DNA of 64,000 nucleotides from a virus. Its lineage: Duplodnaviria; Caudoviricetes. Both the position numbers and the translations under genes were made by a program. The DNA lies in IMG/VR virus record IMGVR_UViG_3300028048_003180, positions 32,001-96,000 of that record; one strand, given 5' to 3'. The notes beneath the pieces are model-generated. The model ran no database searches. It saw nothing but the letters and a program-made list of their open reading frames with translations, and was not told the DNA's origin. Of this stretch, positions 1 to 8,506 are shown in pieces (positions within the stretch are counted from its first letter, which is position 1; every line of letters begins with the position of its first letter).

Positions 1-104
1 AGACAGGGGACATTACGGCCCAGATGGAACTCTACCGTAAGGACCCTGAAAAATACAGGCAGATGGAGGCAGTTGCTAATATGGCAACAGCTGCAAATGC
101 CTAA
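1..104 (+). CDS. 3' end of probable capsid scaffolding protein (partial)
   Basis: Open frame ...QMELYRKDPEKYRQMEAVANMATAANA* ending TAA at 102-104, directly upstream of the capsid RBS (AAGGAG); position and 'LYR.DPEKY' type C-terminus fit scaffolds. Confidence 0.5.
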   Translation, partial: TGDITAQMELYRKDPEKYRQMEAVANMATAANA

Positions 105-122
105 CAAAAGGAGACTTAACCT

Positions 123-1061
123 ATGGCTTATACAAAAATCAGCGACCTTATCGTACCAGAGATTTTCACCAAGTACATGATTCAGGAAAGCGTTGACAAG
201 AACGCTTTCATCAAGTCTGGCATTGCGGCTCCCGACCCTGCAGTAAACATTACTGCTGGCGGTACAACCGTAAACGTGCCGTTCTTTGAATCTCTTGACG
301 CTGAAGATGAAATCATCACCGAAGACGGAGCAACAACTATTAACAGCATCAGTGCTGCAAAGGACGTTGCTGCTGTACTCGCACGTACAGTAGGCTTCGG
401 TGCAACAGACCTTTCACGCCTGTTCTCTGGAGCAGACCCGATGAAGGCAATTATTGCCCAGCTCGGAAACCTTTGGGCAAAACGCTTCACAGAGGTAATC
501 AAGAATGTCCTCAAGGGTATCTTTGGCGTTGCAGCATTGTCAGACAACGTTCTTGACAACTCTACACATGACCTCAGCGCAGGCGTAATGACAGACGCAA
601 TGTACCTTCTTGGCGACAACTCTGAAAAGGTTTCTGCCATCGCAATGCACTCCAAGGTACTTGCAAAGCTCAAGAAGCTTGACATCCTTGACCGCAACAC
701 GTTCATGCCGTCTGCAATGCCCACTGACTATCAGACATACATGGGCCGCCGCGTAATCGTTGACGACACACTCGCCGCAACAAGTGACGTGTACCCAATC
801 TACCTCTTCGGTAACGGTGCTATCGCATTCAATGAAAACCCTGAGCTTGCAACAGTTGAAACTGACCGCGACATAGTTGAACACAAGGATGTACTCGTAA
901 CAAACCGCGTATTCACAATGCATCCTCGCGGAGTCAAGTGGATTGGCACAGCAGCAGGCGAAACACCTGTCAATGCAGAACTTGCAACATCTACAAACTG
1001 GGAACTCGTAGAGAACCCGAAGAACGTCAAGATTGCATGTGTCAAGACACTTATATCTTAA
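123..1061 (+). CDS. Major capsid protein (HK97-fold coat protein)
   Basis: TKISDLIVPEIF, GGTTVNVPFF, GADPMKAI, YMGRRVIVDD, VETDRD, MHPRGVKW motifs of siphovirus coat proteins; strong RBS. Confidence 0.92.
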   Translation: MAYTKISDLIVPEIFTKYMIQESVDKNAFIKSGIAAPDPAVNITAGGTTVNVPFFESLDAEDEIITEDGATTINSISAAKDVAAVLARTVGFGATDLSRLFSGADPMKAIIAQLGNLWAKRFTEVIKNVLKGIFGVAALSDNVLDNSTHDLSAGVMTDAMYLLGDNSEKVSAIAMHSKVLAKLKKLDILDRNTFMPSAMPTDYQTYMGRRVIVDDTLAATSDVYPIYLFGNGAIAFNENPELATVETDRDIVEHKDVLVTNRVFTMHPRGVKWIGTAAGETPVNAELATSTNWELVENPKNVKIACVKTLIS

Positions 1062-1070
1062 GGAGACCTT

Positions 1071-1322
1071 ATGGGACTGACCGCTTTTAATGCCATGCGG
1101 AGACGCAAGGCTGCAAAGGCGGCAGAGCTTAAGAAACAGGCTGAACCTGCAAAGAAGGCTGACCCTGAAAAACAGGAACTGCCTTCCAAGCAGGAGCAGG
1201 CTGCAAAGGAAAGCGCTGCCGTGAAGGAAGAAAAGGCTGAGTCTGAAAAGAAGGAGCAGCCCTCACAGAAGAACAACAAGAAGCAGGCTCCAAAAGAACC
1301 TGCTGAACAGCCGGAAGGCTAA
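1071..1322 (+). CDS. Small K/E/A-rich head-associated hypothetical protein
   Basis: RBS AAGGAG, MGLTAFN start, post-capsid position. Confidence 0.65.
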   Translation: MGLTAFNAMRRRKAAKAAELKKQAEPAKKADPEKQELPSKQEQAAKESAAVKEEKAESEKKEQPSQKNNKKQAPKEPAEQPEG

Positions 1323-1333
1323 GGCAAAGGACT

Positions 1334-1915
1334 ATGGCGGAAGTAGAGACAAAGACATCAACGTTCAACATTGACCTGATAGTTGAGGACGGCAGGGGTG
1401 TACCCAACGCCAACTCCTATGTCTCTACGGAGTACGCCGACGCCTTCGCGAAGAACCGGAATTACGACACCTGGCTCACGCAGTCCAACTACGTGAAGCG
1501 GGCTGCCGTAATAAAGGCGATGGATTATGTTGACAACATATTCAACTGGAAGGGAAGGAAGAAGTACCGCGACCAGCCCCTGTGCTTCCCCCGCGTTGAC
1601 ATAATCGACGGTGACGGGTTCGACCGTTCAGGTGAGATTCCTGAAGGACTGAAGAAGGCAGTCTGCGAGGCGGCCTTCTATGTGGTTGACCAGTACACCC
1701 TTTTCGGGAAGCAGGACCCGAACGGCCCTCTTGCCAAGGAAAGGAAGAAGGCTGACGTTGCGGAAATAGAGATTGAAAGGAAGTTCTTCACTAAGGATGA
1801 GGTTCAGCTTGACTACACAAGTGCGTTCCAGGCTTTGGACAGGTTCCTCAAGGGACTTTACTGGGACGCAAACGACAAGGCCTGTGTGAACCATAGGGCC
1901 GTCTGGAGCAACTGA
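1334..1915 (+). CDS. Head-tail adaptor (putative DnaT-like domain family)
   Basis: LIVEDGRGVPNANSYVS...A..Y...WKG....Q.L.FPR...IP..LK.AVCEAA signature. Confidence 0.85.
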   Translation: MAEVETKTSTFNIDLIVEDGRGVPNANSYVSTEYADAFAKNRNYDTWLTQSNYVKRAAVIKAMDYVDNIFNWKGRKKYRDQPLCFPRVDIIDGDGFDRSGEIPEGLKKAVCEAAFYVVDQYTLFGKQDPNGPLAKERKKADVAEIEIERKFFTKDEVQLDYTSAFQALDRFLKGLYWDANDKACVNHRAVWSN

Positions 1916-2313
1916 TGGCAACTGACTGGAAGAAATTTGCAGATGACATAAGGAAGGGTGTTCTTGAGGAGCTCGGCGGGAAGCGCGGCAACATTACCGT
2001 GTCCGTTCCTGACGGATCATCCACCCGCTCAAAGACGGGCAAGAAGATTCCTGCAACAGTGACGCTCTACAAGGGTACTGCCGTAATGGGCAAGTACAAC
2101 TCTGAGTTCCCCTCCACTACTGAAACAATCATACAGGCTGGCGACGTAAAGTTCGTCGCACAGTTTGAAGACCCGTCTTTCATGCCCTCTGAAAAGAAGG
2201 ACGAGACGATAACGTTCGGCGGGGTAAGCTACAAGATAATTAACGTCGGGCAGGTGGCTCCTGACGGCGTGACCAACGTTGTGTTCGTGATACAGGCACG
2301 AAGGGTCAACTAA
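1915..2313 (+). CDS. Head closure/stopper protein
   Basis: Position after adaptor; IQAGDVK and V.PDG..V...QARR motifs. Confidence 0.7.
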   Translation: MATDWKKFADDIRKGVLEELGGKRGNITVSVPDGSSTRSKTGKKIPATVTLYKGTAVMGKYNSEFPSTTETIIQAGDVKFVAQFEDPSFMPSEKKDETITFGGVSYKIINVGQVAPDGVTNVVFVIQARRVN

Positions 2314-4049
2314 TGGCCTCAAGAAACAAAGTTGTAAATCGCTTAAGAAAACAGGCAAGCATAAAAGTCAACGTCAACATGACGCCTGAAATGCAGGGGT
2401 TGCTCAAGGGAAAGCTTCCGGGCAAAGGGAAGGAAAGCCCTGTCTCGAAGGCTGTTGAGCAGGGCATGGCAGAGGCCGTCAAGAAGTCGAACGTTGCGAA
2501 GCTTGCAAGCAATGCAGTCAACAAGGCGATAAGGGACATAGTTAAAAAGGGTTCAAGGAAAAGAAGCGGTGAGTCCACCCCTAAAGGCCCGCTCGTAACG
2601 ACAAAGCACATAGACTGGAAGAAATCAAAGAAGGCTTCAGGCCCTGTCTCTGCAACAATGAACCTTGGGGTTACTTCAAGCAAGGCAAAGGACAGGGTGT
2701 GGGCGGCCGCAAAGCTCTTTTATCAGATCGTTGCGAACACCCCATTGGATGAAGACTATGAATATACAAGGCAGCCCAAGAAGAAATCGTCAAAGGAAAT
2801 CAGGGAAAAGAAGGCGTTCAAGTTTGTAAGAGGTGAAGACGGGCTTATGAAGGTTGTCCCTGTTGATGTGGTCAAGCCAGCTTACAAGGCATTCCATAAG
2901 GCGGATGAGCATGTCACTAGGAACAACTGGATTCTCAAGTTGACTACAACAAGGGGAATGACTGAGTTCAAGTCAGGCTCACTCGGAATAAACTTTGACC
3001 AGCCTTCGGATTCTGGATGGACTGCCGTTGCTGACCAGATAAGGGCCGTTACAGGACGCTACAAGCCTACGGACGTTGAGATTGTGAACAACGACCCCTA
3101 CATAGACGTGCTTGAATACGGACGGTACAACTCCACTTCAACAGAAAAGCATCAGGGTGCAATGTACCAGCACGGTACGGTAGGCGGATATTCTGTCCAG
3201 GCCCCAAGGGGAATAATGCGCGTCGCTGCGAGCCAGCTCAACAACCTCCAGCTTGACGCGGACAGGGACAACAAGGGCGTAATCTCTGACAGTATGCTCA
3301 GTGCGATTCCGAAGGTGACGCTCAAGCTCAATTCTGACAACCTTGCTGACTATGCTCCTGTAGATGAAGTTGTGAAGAATGCCGCAAGGACTGCGGAAGA
3401 GAACGGGGAGTTCATCTCCGAACGCCAGATGGGTGAAATCTTTATGAGCGACAAGCCTACCGTAGACGTAGTGATAAAGAAAAGTGAAAAGGCGGCAAAG
3501 GCTTCAAACAGGTACAGGTTCAAGAAGCAAACAAATACGGACAAAGTGGCTGAGGCTTTATTCAAGGAAGTTCAAAAAGTTTCAAAAGTCATATCAAGAC
3601 GGGAACGCGCAGAAAACCGTGCGCTAAAGGAGATTTGGAGTGATCAGATGACAGCTGTAAGAGCAGCGGGAAAATTGGAATCAGGATTGGATAAAGAGAT
3701 TGAAAATGAGTTGAAGATAATCCTGAAAAGTCAAAAAACAAGCGTGTCAAAGGCTGTTAAAGAGAAGAAGCCACCAAAGCCAGCGGAGACAAATGTAATA
3801 AAAGAAAATTACTACCTGTTTGAAATACCCAACAAAGACTTTGCAATCATTGTTGAAGACAACGGAGAAATGTACAGATACGCACTGGATGATGCGAAGT
3901 ACGCAAGCTACGGCAAGAAAGAAGACTTCAAGAAGAACATCAAGTTTATGAAAGATGAAGTCTTCCTGAAGGCATTGAAAGGAATGCTTACAGAAGAAGA
4001 GCTTTACTCTGCTGATGAAGAATCCCTTATCAAACTTACGGAGGATTAA
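2313..4049 (+). CDS. Neck/tail-completion protein (HK97 gp10-like core) with long basic extensions
   Basis: IVANTPLD...NNW...NNDPYIDVLEYG...SVQAPRGIMR core motifs; synteny. Confidence 0.65.
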   Translation: MASRNKVVNRLRKQASIKVNVNMTPEMQGLLKGKLPGKGKESPVSKAVEQGMAEAVKKSNVAKLASNAVNKAIRDIVKKGSRKRSGESTPKGPLVTTKHIDWKKSKKASGPVSATMNLGVTSSKAKDRVWAAAKLFYQIVANTPLDEDYEYTRQPKKKSSKEIREKKAFKFVRGEDGLMKVVPVDVVKPAYKAFHKADEHVTRNNWILKLTTTRGMTEFKSGSLGINFDQPSDSGWTAVADQIRAVTGRYKPTDVEIVNNDPYIDVLEYGRYNSTSTEKHQGAMYQHGTVGGYSVQAPRGIMRVAASQLNNLQLDADRDNKGVISDSMLSAIPKVTLKLNSDNLADYAPVDEVVKNAARTAEENGEFISERQMGEIFMSDKPTVDVVIKKSEKAAKASNRYRFKKQTNTDKVAEALFKEVQKVSKVISRRERAENRALKEIWSDQMTAVRAAGKLESGLDKEIENELKIILKSQKTSVSKAVKEKKPPKPAETNVIKENYYLFEIPNKDFAIIVEDNGEMYRYALDDAKYASYGKKEDFKKNIKFMKDEVFLKALKGMLTEEELYSADEESLIKLTED

Positions 4050-4053
4050 CCAA

Positions 4054-4545
4054 ATGGAAAAAGAAAAGACATTGCTCACGGATACATACATCGAAAAGAA
4101 GCTAAAAAAATACTTTCGTGATAACTTGCCTCAATACGTGGAGGGGCCAGATGCGTGGAAAATCAACTGGTCTCCCAACATAGCGTTTACGAGGCCTGAT
4201 GACCTGTACTGGCTTGACCTGTTCTTCATTCCAGGGGAGCCGTTCCAGCAGGAACTCGGCAACTGGGGTAGGAACCGCTGGTCAGGAATATTGCAGGTCA
4301 ATATATGCACACCAAAGTCTGAGGTCACGGTCGAGGACGGCATAGACACAGACGAAGATGACGATTTCGGCACGTCCGCTATGGACCGCTGCTACAACGA
4401 CATAGCAGAGGTCTTCAAGCGCGGCGTTGTATTTGACGGCATAAGAATCCACAAGTGCTACCGCAACACTTCCGCATTGCAGGTGTACGACGACTTCTGT
4501 GCCCTGCCCGTCACAATCGAGTGGCAGGCAGACTTAAGCAACTAA
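4054..4545 (+). CDS. Tail terminator-like protein
   Basis: Position before tail tube; W.PN..F..P, GILQVNI.P, F.RG, PVTIEW pattern; start moved to ATG 4054 after GGAGG. Confidence 0.7.
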   Translation: MEKEKTLLTDTYIEKKLKKYFRDNLPQYVEGPDAWKINWSPNIAFTRPDDLYWLDLFFIPGEPFQQELGNWGRNRWSGILQVNICTPKSEVTVEDGIDTDEDDDFGTSAMDRCYNDIAEVFKRGVVFDGIRIHKCYRNTSALQVYDDFCALPVTIEWQADLSN

Positions 4546-4560
4546 CGGAGGACTATTGCT

Positions 4561-7005
4561 ATGGCATATTCTATAGCAGATGCAGAACCTACCTTTGACC
4601 TCCCCGCTGGTTCGGCGAGCGACTTCTACCTGAGCCGCGAAATCAACGACCGCGAGGACGACAACAATGGCAAGACTGTTAAAAAACACGGGCTTTGGAG
4701 ATACCCATTCCTCACCCGTAGAACTGGTGATTCCCTTGTCGGTACAAACGAGCAGATTAACAGCTCTGAGTTCCGCCACGGACGCACCGCAGCGAAAGTC
4801 AAGCTTGGCAACGCTTCATCAAGCGGAAACCTTGACCTTGAGCTTTCCCCTGAAACCTTTGACGACCAGCTTGAGGGCGTGTTCCGCGACAAGTTCGTTC
4901 GCTTCTTCCATGACGGCCAGAAGGACTTGATTACCAAGGACTACATGACACCGAAGGGTTACATCCACGTCAACGGTGACGACGGCACCTACAACCAGTG
5001 GTACGACTCCACTAAGGAAGGCAAGCGCGTTACACAGGTTCCTCTTTTCTATACAGGAAATGAGGCTGGCACAGAGGAAGATCCATTCGGACTTATCAAG
5101 GTTAGCCCTGAAAAGCTGAACAACCGTTCAGTCAACCCTCTCGGAAAGTTCATTGCACACGAGCTCCATATCGGTAACACTCCGGTAAAATACTCTGCCC
5201 TTTCACGCATCCCGATTACTGAGAAGGCAATCCGCCTCCAGAATTTCCGCCATGTTGAAATGGGCGAACTGAACCTCAACGTTGCAGTAAATGCAATCGT
5301 AACTGGTTCATTCAGCATGAACGGTTCCAACAACCCTGACTACTACACTGAGTCAGCCGAAAAAGGCAAGATCCGCATGGCAGACCAGATGTACGACAAG
5401 AAGGTTATGGCAACAGGAGCCACTGAGGACTTCTACTCAACTGACTACCGTGACGCAGCTGAACGCTTCGTAGCCGCAGCCCGCAACACAACAAAGTCAA
5501 CTGACACTGACCAGTTCACAGCCCTCGACGGTTTCTTGTACGTAAACGGACACCAGCTCCAGTTTGCATCCGCACTTACAATGGACCTGAACAACAACCT
5601 TCAGGCCATCAACGCAATCTTCGTCAAGAATGCGATTGCAAACCTCTCCCCTTCACTTGCAGTTACAGGCAACATCACTGCCTACTTCACTGACGGTGAA
5701 AAGGACGGTACAGGCAAGAAGTACGGAGCCGACGACCTTAAGAACCTTGCAAGCCAGAACAAGGACACTGAAATCCTCTACGCCTTCATCGACAAGGAAG
5801 ACCCCGAGGTTATCTACTTGTTCCAGGTATTCAAGGCAACAATATCCGCACCTACCGAAACGAAGGATGCCGAGAGCCCAATCAGCCTCGATCTGCCCTA
5901 CACCTCTTACGGTGAAATGGCAGTACGCCTCCTCCGCCTTGCCATTCCGAAGATTTCATTCATCGACATGGACATGGGCGGCATGATTGACGGCGGCGAC
6001 ATGACCAAGCTGGACGTAACGCTCATTCCGAACGTTCCGCTCGACAAGGAAGCACCCGCAGTTGCAGAAGGCATATTCTCCGACAAGGATTACATCGACA
6101 GTGCAAACACAAACGGTCTCTACGTATTCAATGACGCAGAGTTCACAGTATATGACGCAGACGGAAACAAGCTTGAGAACGAAGTTACTGTTGACACCTC
6201 GACACTCGCCATCGGCGCAGACGGAGAGATTACTGCAACACTCAACTTCGGAACGGCTCTTGAAGTAGGCCAGACCGTAAAGGTCAAGCTTACCGTAAAC
6301 GGCACAAACCGTGAGGCCGGAAAGGAAGTCGCACCTGACATTCCTTACCTCCGCATGGGCGACGCATACAAGGAAAGCCTCTACAAAGCTGGCTACGTTG
6401 CAGTACAGGCAGGCGACACAATCAATGTGCTCACTGCGAAGGGTGCTGGGGACACTGCTGAGGATGACCTCATCTACAAGTCTTACGCTGCAATGTCAGC
6501 AGACGACATCAAGGTTGAGTCTTCCGACGACGCAGTTGCATCCGTATCTGGCGCAGTGGTTACAATCGGAAGCTCTGTTGCCGAAGGCGCAAAGGCTACA
6601 ATCACCGTAACCTCAAAGTATGACAAGGGCGTATTCCTTGCCTTTGACGTACAGGTTGGCGGCGAACCTGCCCCTGGCCCTGGACCAGACCCAACACCTG
6701 ACCCTGTAGACGCACAGGCTCCGACATTCAGCGAAACCCTTGAAGATGTCTCTTACGAGACAACTGATACAGCAACACCTCTCAATGGTGCAGCAACAGT
6801 ATCTGACGGCGGAACAGTCACCTACCAGTGGTATAAGGATGACGTTGCAATCGAAGGTGCAACAAGTGCTGAATACACACCTGACATCACAACCGAAGGC
6901 GAGTTCGTGTATAAGGTCGTTGCGACCAACACGAATGCTTCTGCAACTGGGGCTACTACTGCAACAGCAAACCAGAGCTGTACAGTAACCGTAGTGGGAG
7001 CCTAA
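4561..7005 (+). CDS. Major tail tube protein with C-terminal Ig-like domains
   Basis: SSEFR..R, G...LELS..TFD..LEG, VNAIVTGSF, V.GNIT.YF tube motifs; Pro-rich linker PAPGPGPDPTPDP then Ig-like TYQWYKD...IEGAT..Y. Confidence 0.85.
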   Translation: MAYSIADAEPTFDLPAGSASDFYLSREINDREDDNNGKTVKKHGLWRYPFLTRRTGDSLVGTNEQINSSEFRHGRTAAKVKLGNASSSGNLDLELSPETFDDQLEGVFRDKFVRFFHDGQKDLITKDYMTPKGYIHVNGDDGTYNQWYDSTKEGKRVTQVPLFYTGNEAGTEEDPFGLIKVSPEKLNNRSVNPLGKFIAHELHIGNTPVKYSALSRIPITEKAIRLQNFRHVEMGELNLNVAVNAIVTGSFSMNGSNNPDYYTESAEKGKIRMADQMYDKKVMATGATEDFYSTDYRDAAERFVAAARNTTKSTDTDQFTALDGFLYVNGHQLQFASALTMDLNNNLQAINAIFVKNAIANLSPSLAVTGNITAYFTDGEKDGTGKKYGADDLKNLASQNKDTEILYAFIDKEDPEVIYLFQVFKATISAPTETKDAESPISLDLPYTSYGEMAVRLLRLAIPKISFIDMDMGGMIDGGDMTKLDVTLIPNVPLDKEAPAVAEGIFSDKDYIDSANTNGLYVFNDAEFTVYDADGNKLENEVTVDTSTLAIGADGEITATLNFGTALEVGQTVKVKLTVNGTNREAGKEVAPDIPYLRMGDAYKESLYKAGYVAVQAGDTINVLTAKGAGDTAEDDLIYKSYAAMSADDIKVESSDDAVASVSGAVVTIGSSVAEGAKATITVTSKYDKGVFLAFDVQVGGEPAPGPGPDPTPDPVDAQAPTFSETLEDVSYETTDTATPLNGAATVSDGGTVTYQWYKDDVAIEGATSAEYTPDITTEGEFVYKVVATNTNASATGATTATANQSCTVTVVGA

Positions 7006-7080
7006 TACGGAAATGAAGGCTGGCGGCTTGCCTTAAAAGCCGCATTCACCTACTGGCGGAGGAAACACCAGATGTTCCAA

Positions 7081-7114
7081 AGGGGGCGGGACTATAAAAA
7101 GCCCCCTGTTTTTT
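7081..7114 (+). terminator. Probable intrinsic terminator after tail tube gene
   Basis: AGGGGGC...GCCCCCT stem followed by GTTTTTT. Confidence 0.5.
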
Positions 7115-7137
7115 AGAACCAACAAAAGGACATTCTT

Positions 7138-7554
7138 ATGGAAAACACAATCGACATTGCCTCATTCTTCACGAAGAAGAACGAGGAGGAAGGCATTTGG
7201 TATGAGCCGAAGGTCGAAGGACGCGGCATAGGCATTGAGTTCAAGCTTCTCGGAAAGGCAAGCGACGCAAACACAATCGCAAGCGAAGTCTATGAAAAGG
7301 AGACTGACGAGGCTTCCAAAGAGAAGGATGCGGTCAAGCGCAGGGACAAGAACGACAAGGCACTCGCAAAGCGCATTGCCGCAGTCGTTACGGACGTGAG
7401 GGCAACCGAAGGGAATACGGTGTTCATTGAAGGCAAGCCTTTGACGTACTCAAGGGAGACAGTAGAGTACATCCTCCTCCAGTCATCCGTAATCAGTGAG
7501 GACATTCTCAGGGCGTTCATCGAGCGTGAAAATTTTATGACGAAGAAGCATTGA
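7138..7554 (+). CDS. Tail assembly chaperone (G)
   Basis: Between tube and tape measure; EEGIWYE...LLG..S...YS.E...L...I...ENF pattern; slippery site at 3' end. Confidence 0.85.
   Translation: MENTIDIASFFTKKNEEEGIWYEPKVEGRGIGIEFKLLGKASDANTIASEVYEKETDEASKEKDAVKRRDKNDKALAKRIAAVVTDVRATEGNTVFIEGKPLTYSRETVEYILLQSSVISEDILRAFIERENFMTKKH
7530..7536 (+). promoter_or_regulatory. -1 programmed ribosomal frameshift site A AAT TTT
   Basis: X XXY YYZ heptamer in frame (GAA AAT TTT); the -1 frame is open (YDEEALKSAV...) into ORF 7551-8036. Confidence 0.8.
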
Positions 7555-8036
7555 AATCAGCCGTCCGGCAATACTTCTTCTTATACTGGCCCCACTCCGT
7601 CAAGAAGCAGACCAGGGACGGCAAGACAGGAAAGGTCCGCGAGGAGACGGAGACAGGGATAAGGAACTCCGACAGGAGGGACTTCCTCAAGTCTAAGTTC
7701 GGCGAGGAGAAATGGAACAACCTCGTCAAGAACGATTCACACTATAAGCAGTACAAGGAGCCGGAGGTTCCCAACGGCTGCAGGTGGATATTCAACCAGT
7801 TCCTGTACATATACTTCAACTCAGGGTTCAGCCCGATGAGCGGTGCCTCCATGATGACGTTCCAGAGTCTTAACGACTATGTGATGTGCATGGGCGCACC
7901 GCTTACGATTGCTGAAAAAAAATTAATACTCAAAATGAAAGGATGGGCGGGCGAGGTCATTGCAGACTTCGACAAGAAGCCCGACAAGAAAGGAGCGCAG
8001 AATGACGGAAAAGAAGGCCGTAAAGAAGGAAGCTAA
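7551..8036 (+). CDS. Tail assembly chaperone T segment (read as G-T fusion)
   Basis: In the -1 frame relative to 7138; only a weak TTG start; P.VP...WIF..F...SGFSP...TFQ.L..Y motif. Confidence 0.8.
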   Translation: MKSAVRQYFFLYWPHSVKKQTRDGKTGKVREETETGIRNSDRRDFLKSKFGEEKWNNLVKNDSHYKQYKEPEVPNGCRWIFNQFLYIYFNSGFSPMSGASMMTFQSLNDYVMCMGAPLTIAEKKLILKMKGWAGEVIADFDKKPDKKGAQNDGKEGRKEGS

Positions 8037-8460
8037 GAAGACCCCTGCAAAGGGAAAAGTCATTGAGATTACGAAGTTCTTCAACATCACGAGGGAGAAG
8101 GAAGGCGTATGGTACGAGCCCAAGATAAACGGGGTTCCCCTTGGCCTTGAACTCAAGGTCCTCGGCCCGGCGGCAGAGGCCGTAAGGAAGGCTTCCGTAG
8201 AGTACGACAAGGCACACGAAAAGGTAGAGGAGCTTTTCAAGAAGGAGCCCGGCAAGGCTTTGGACATGGAGCAGGAGGCCCTTGCAAAGAGGGCTGCCGC
8301 CTGTGTCGTTGGCATAAGGGGAAAGGACGGGAATACAATCACCATTGACGGCAAGCCACTCGTGTTCTCTGATGAGTTTGCGGAACGCCTGTTCTTTGAG
8401 AACGGGGACATAACCGGGGACGTGCTTGCAGCCTCTCTGGACGGCAACCTGTTCAAATAA
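8002..8460 (+). CDS. Second tail assembly chaperone G paralog
   Basis: Aligns end to end with 7138-7554 (FF....EG.WYEPK..G...G.E.K.LG; ALAKR.AA.V; GNT..I.GKPL..S); RBS AAGGAG. Confidence 0.75.
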   Translation: MTEKKAVKKEAKKTPAKGKVIEITKFFNITREKEGVWYEPKINGVPLGLELKVLGPAAEAVRKASVEYDKAHEKVEELFKKEPGKALDMEQEALAKRAAACVVGIRGKDGNTITIDGKPLVFSDEFAERLFFENGDITGDVLAASLDGNLFK

Positions 8461-8506
8461 CATACTGCACGTAACCTTGAAATAAAACTGTTGGAGGAGT
8501 GGAATC

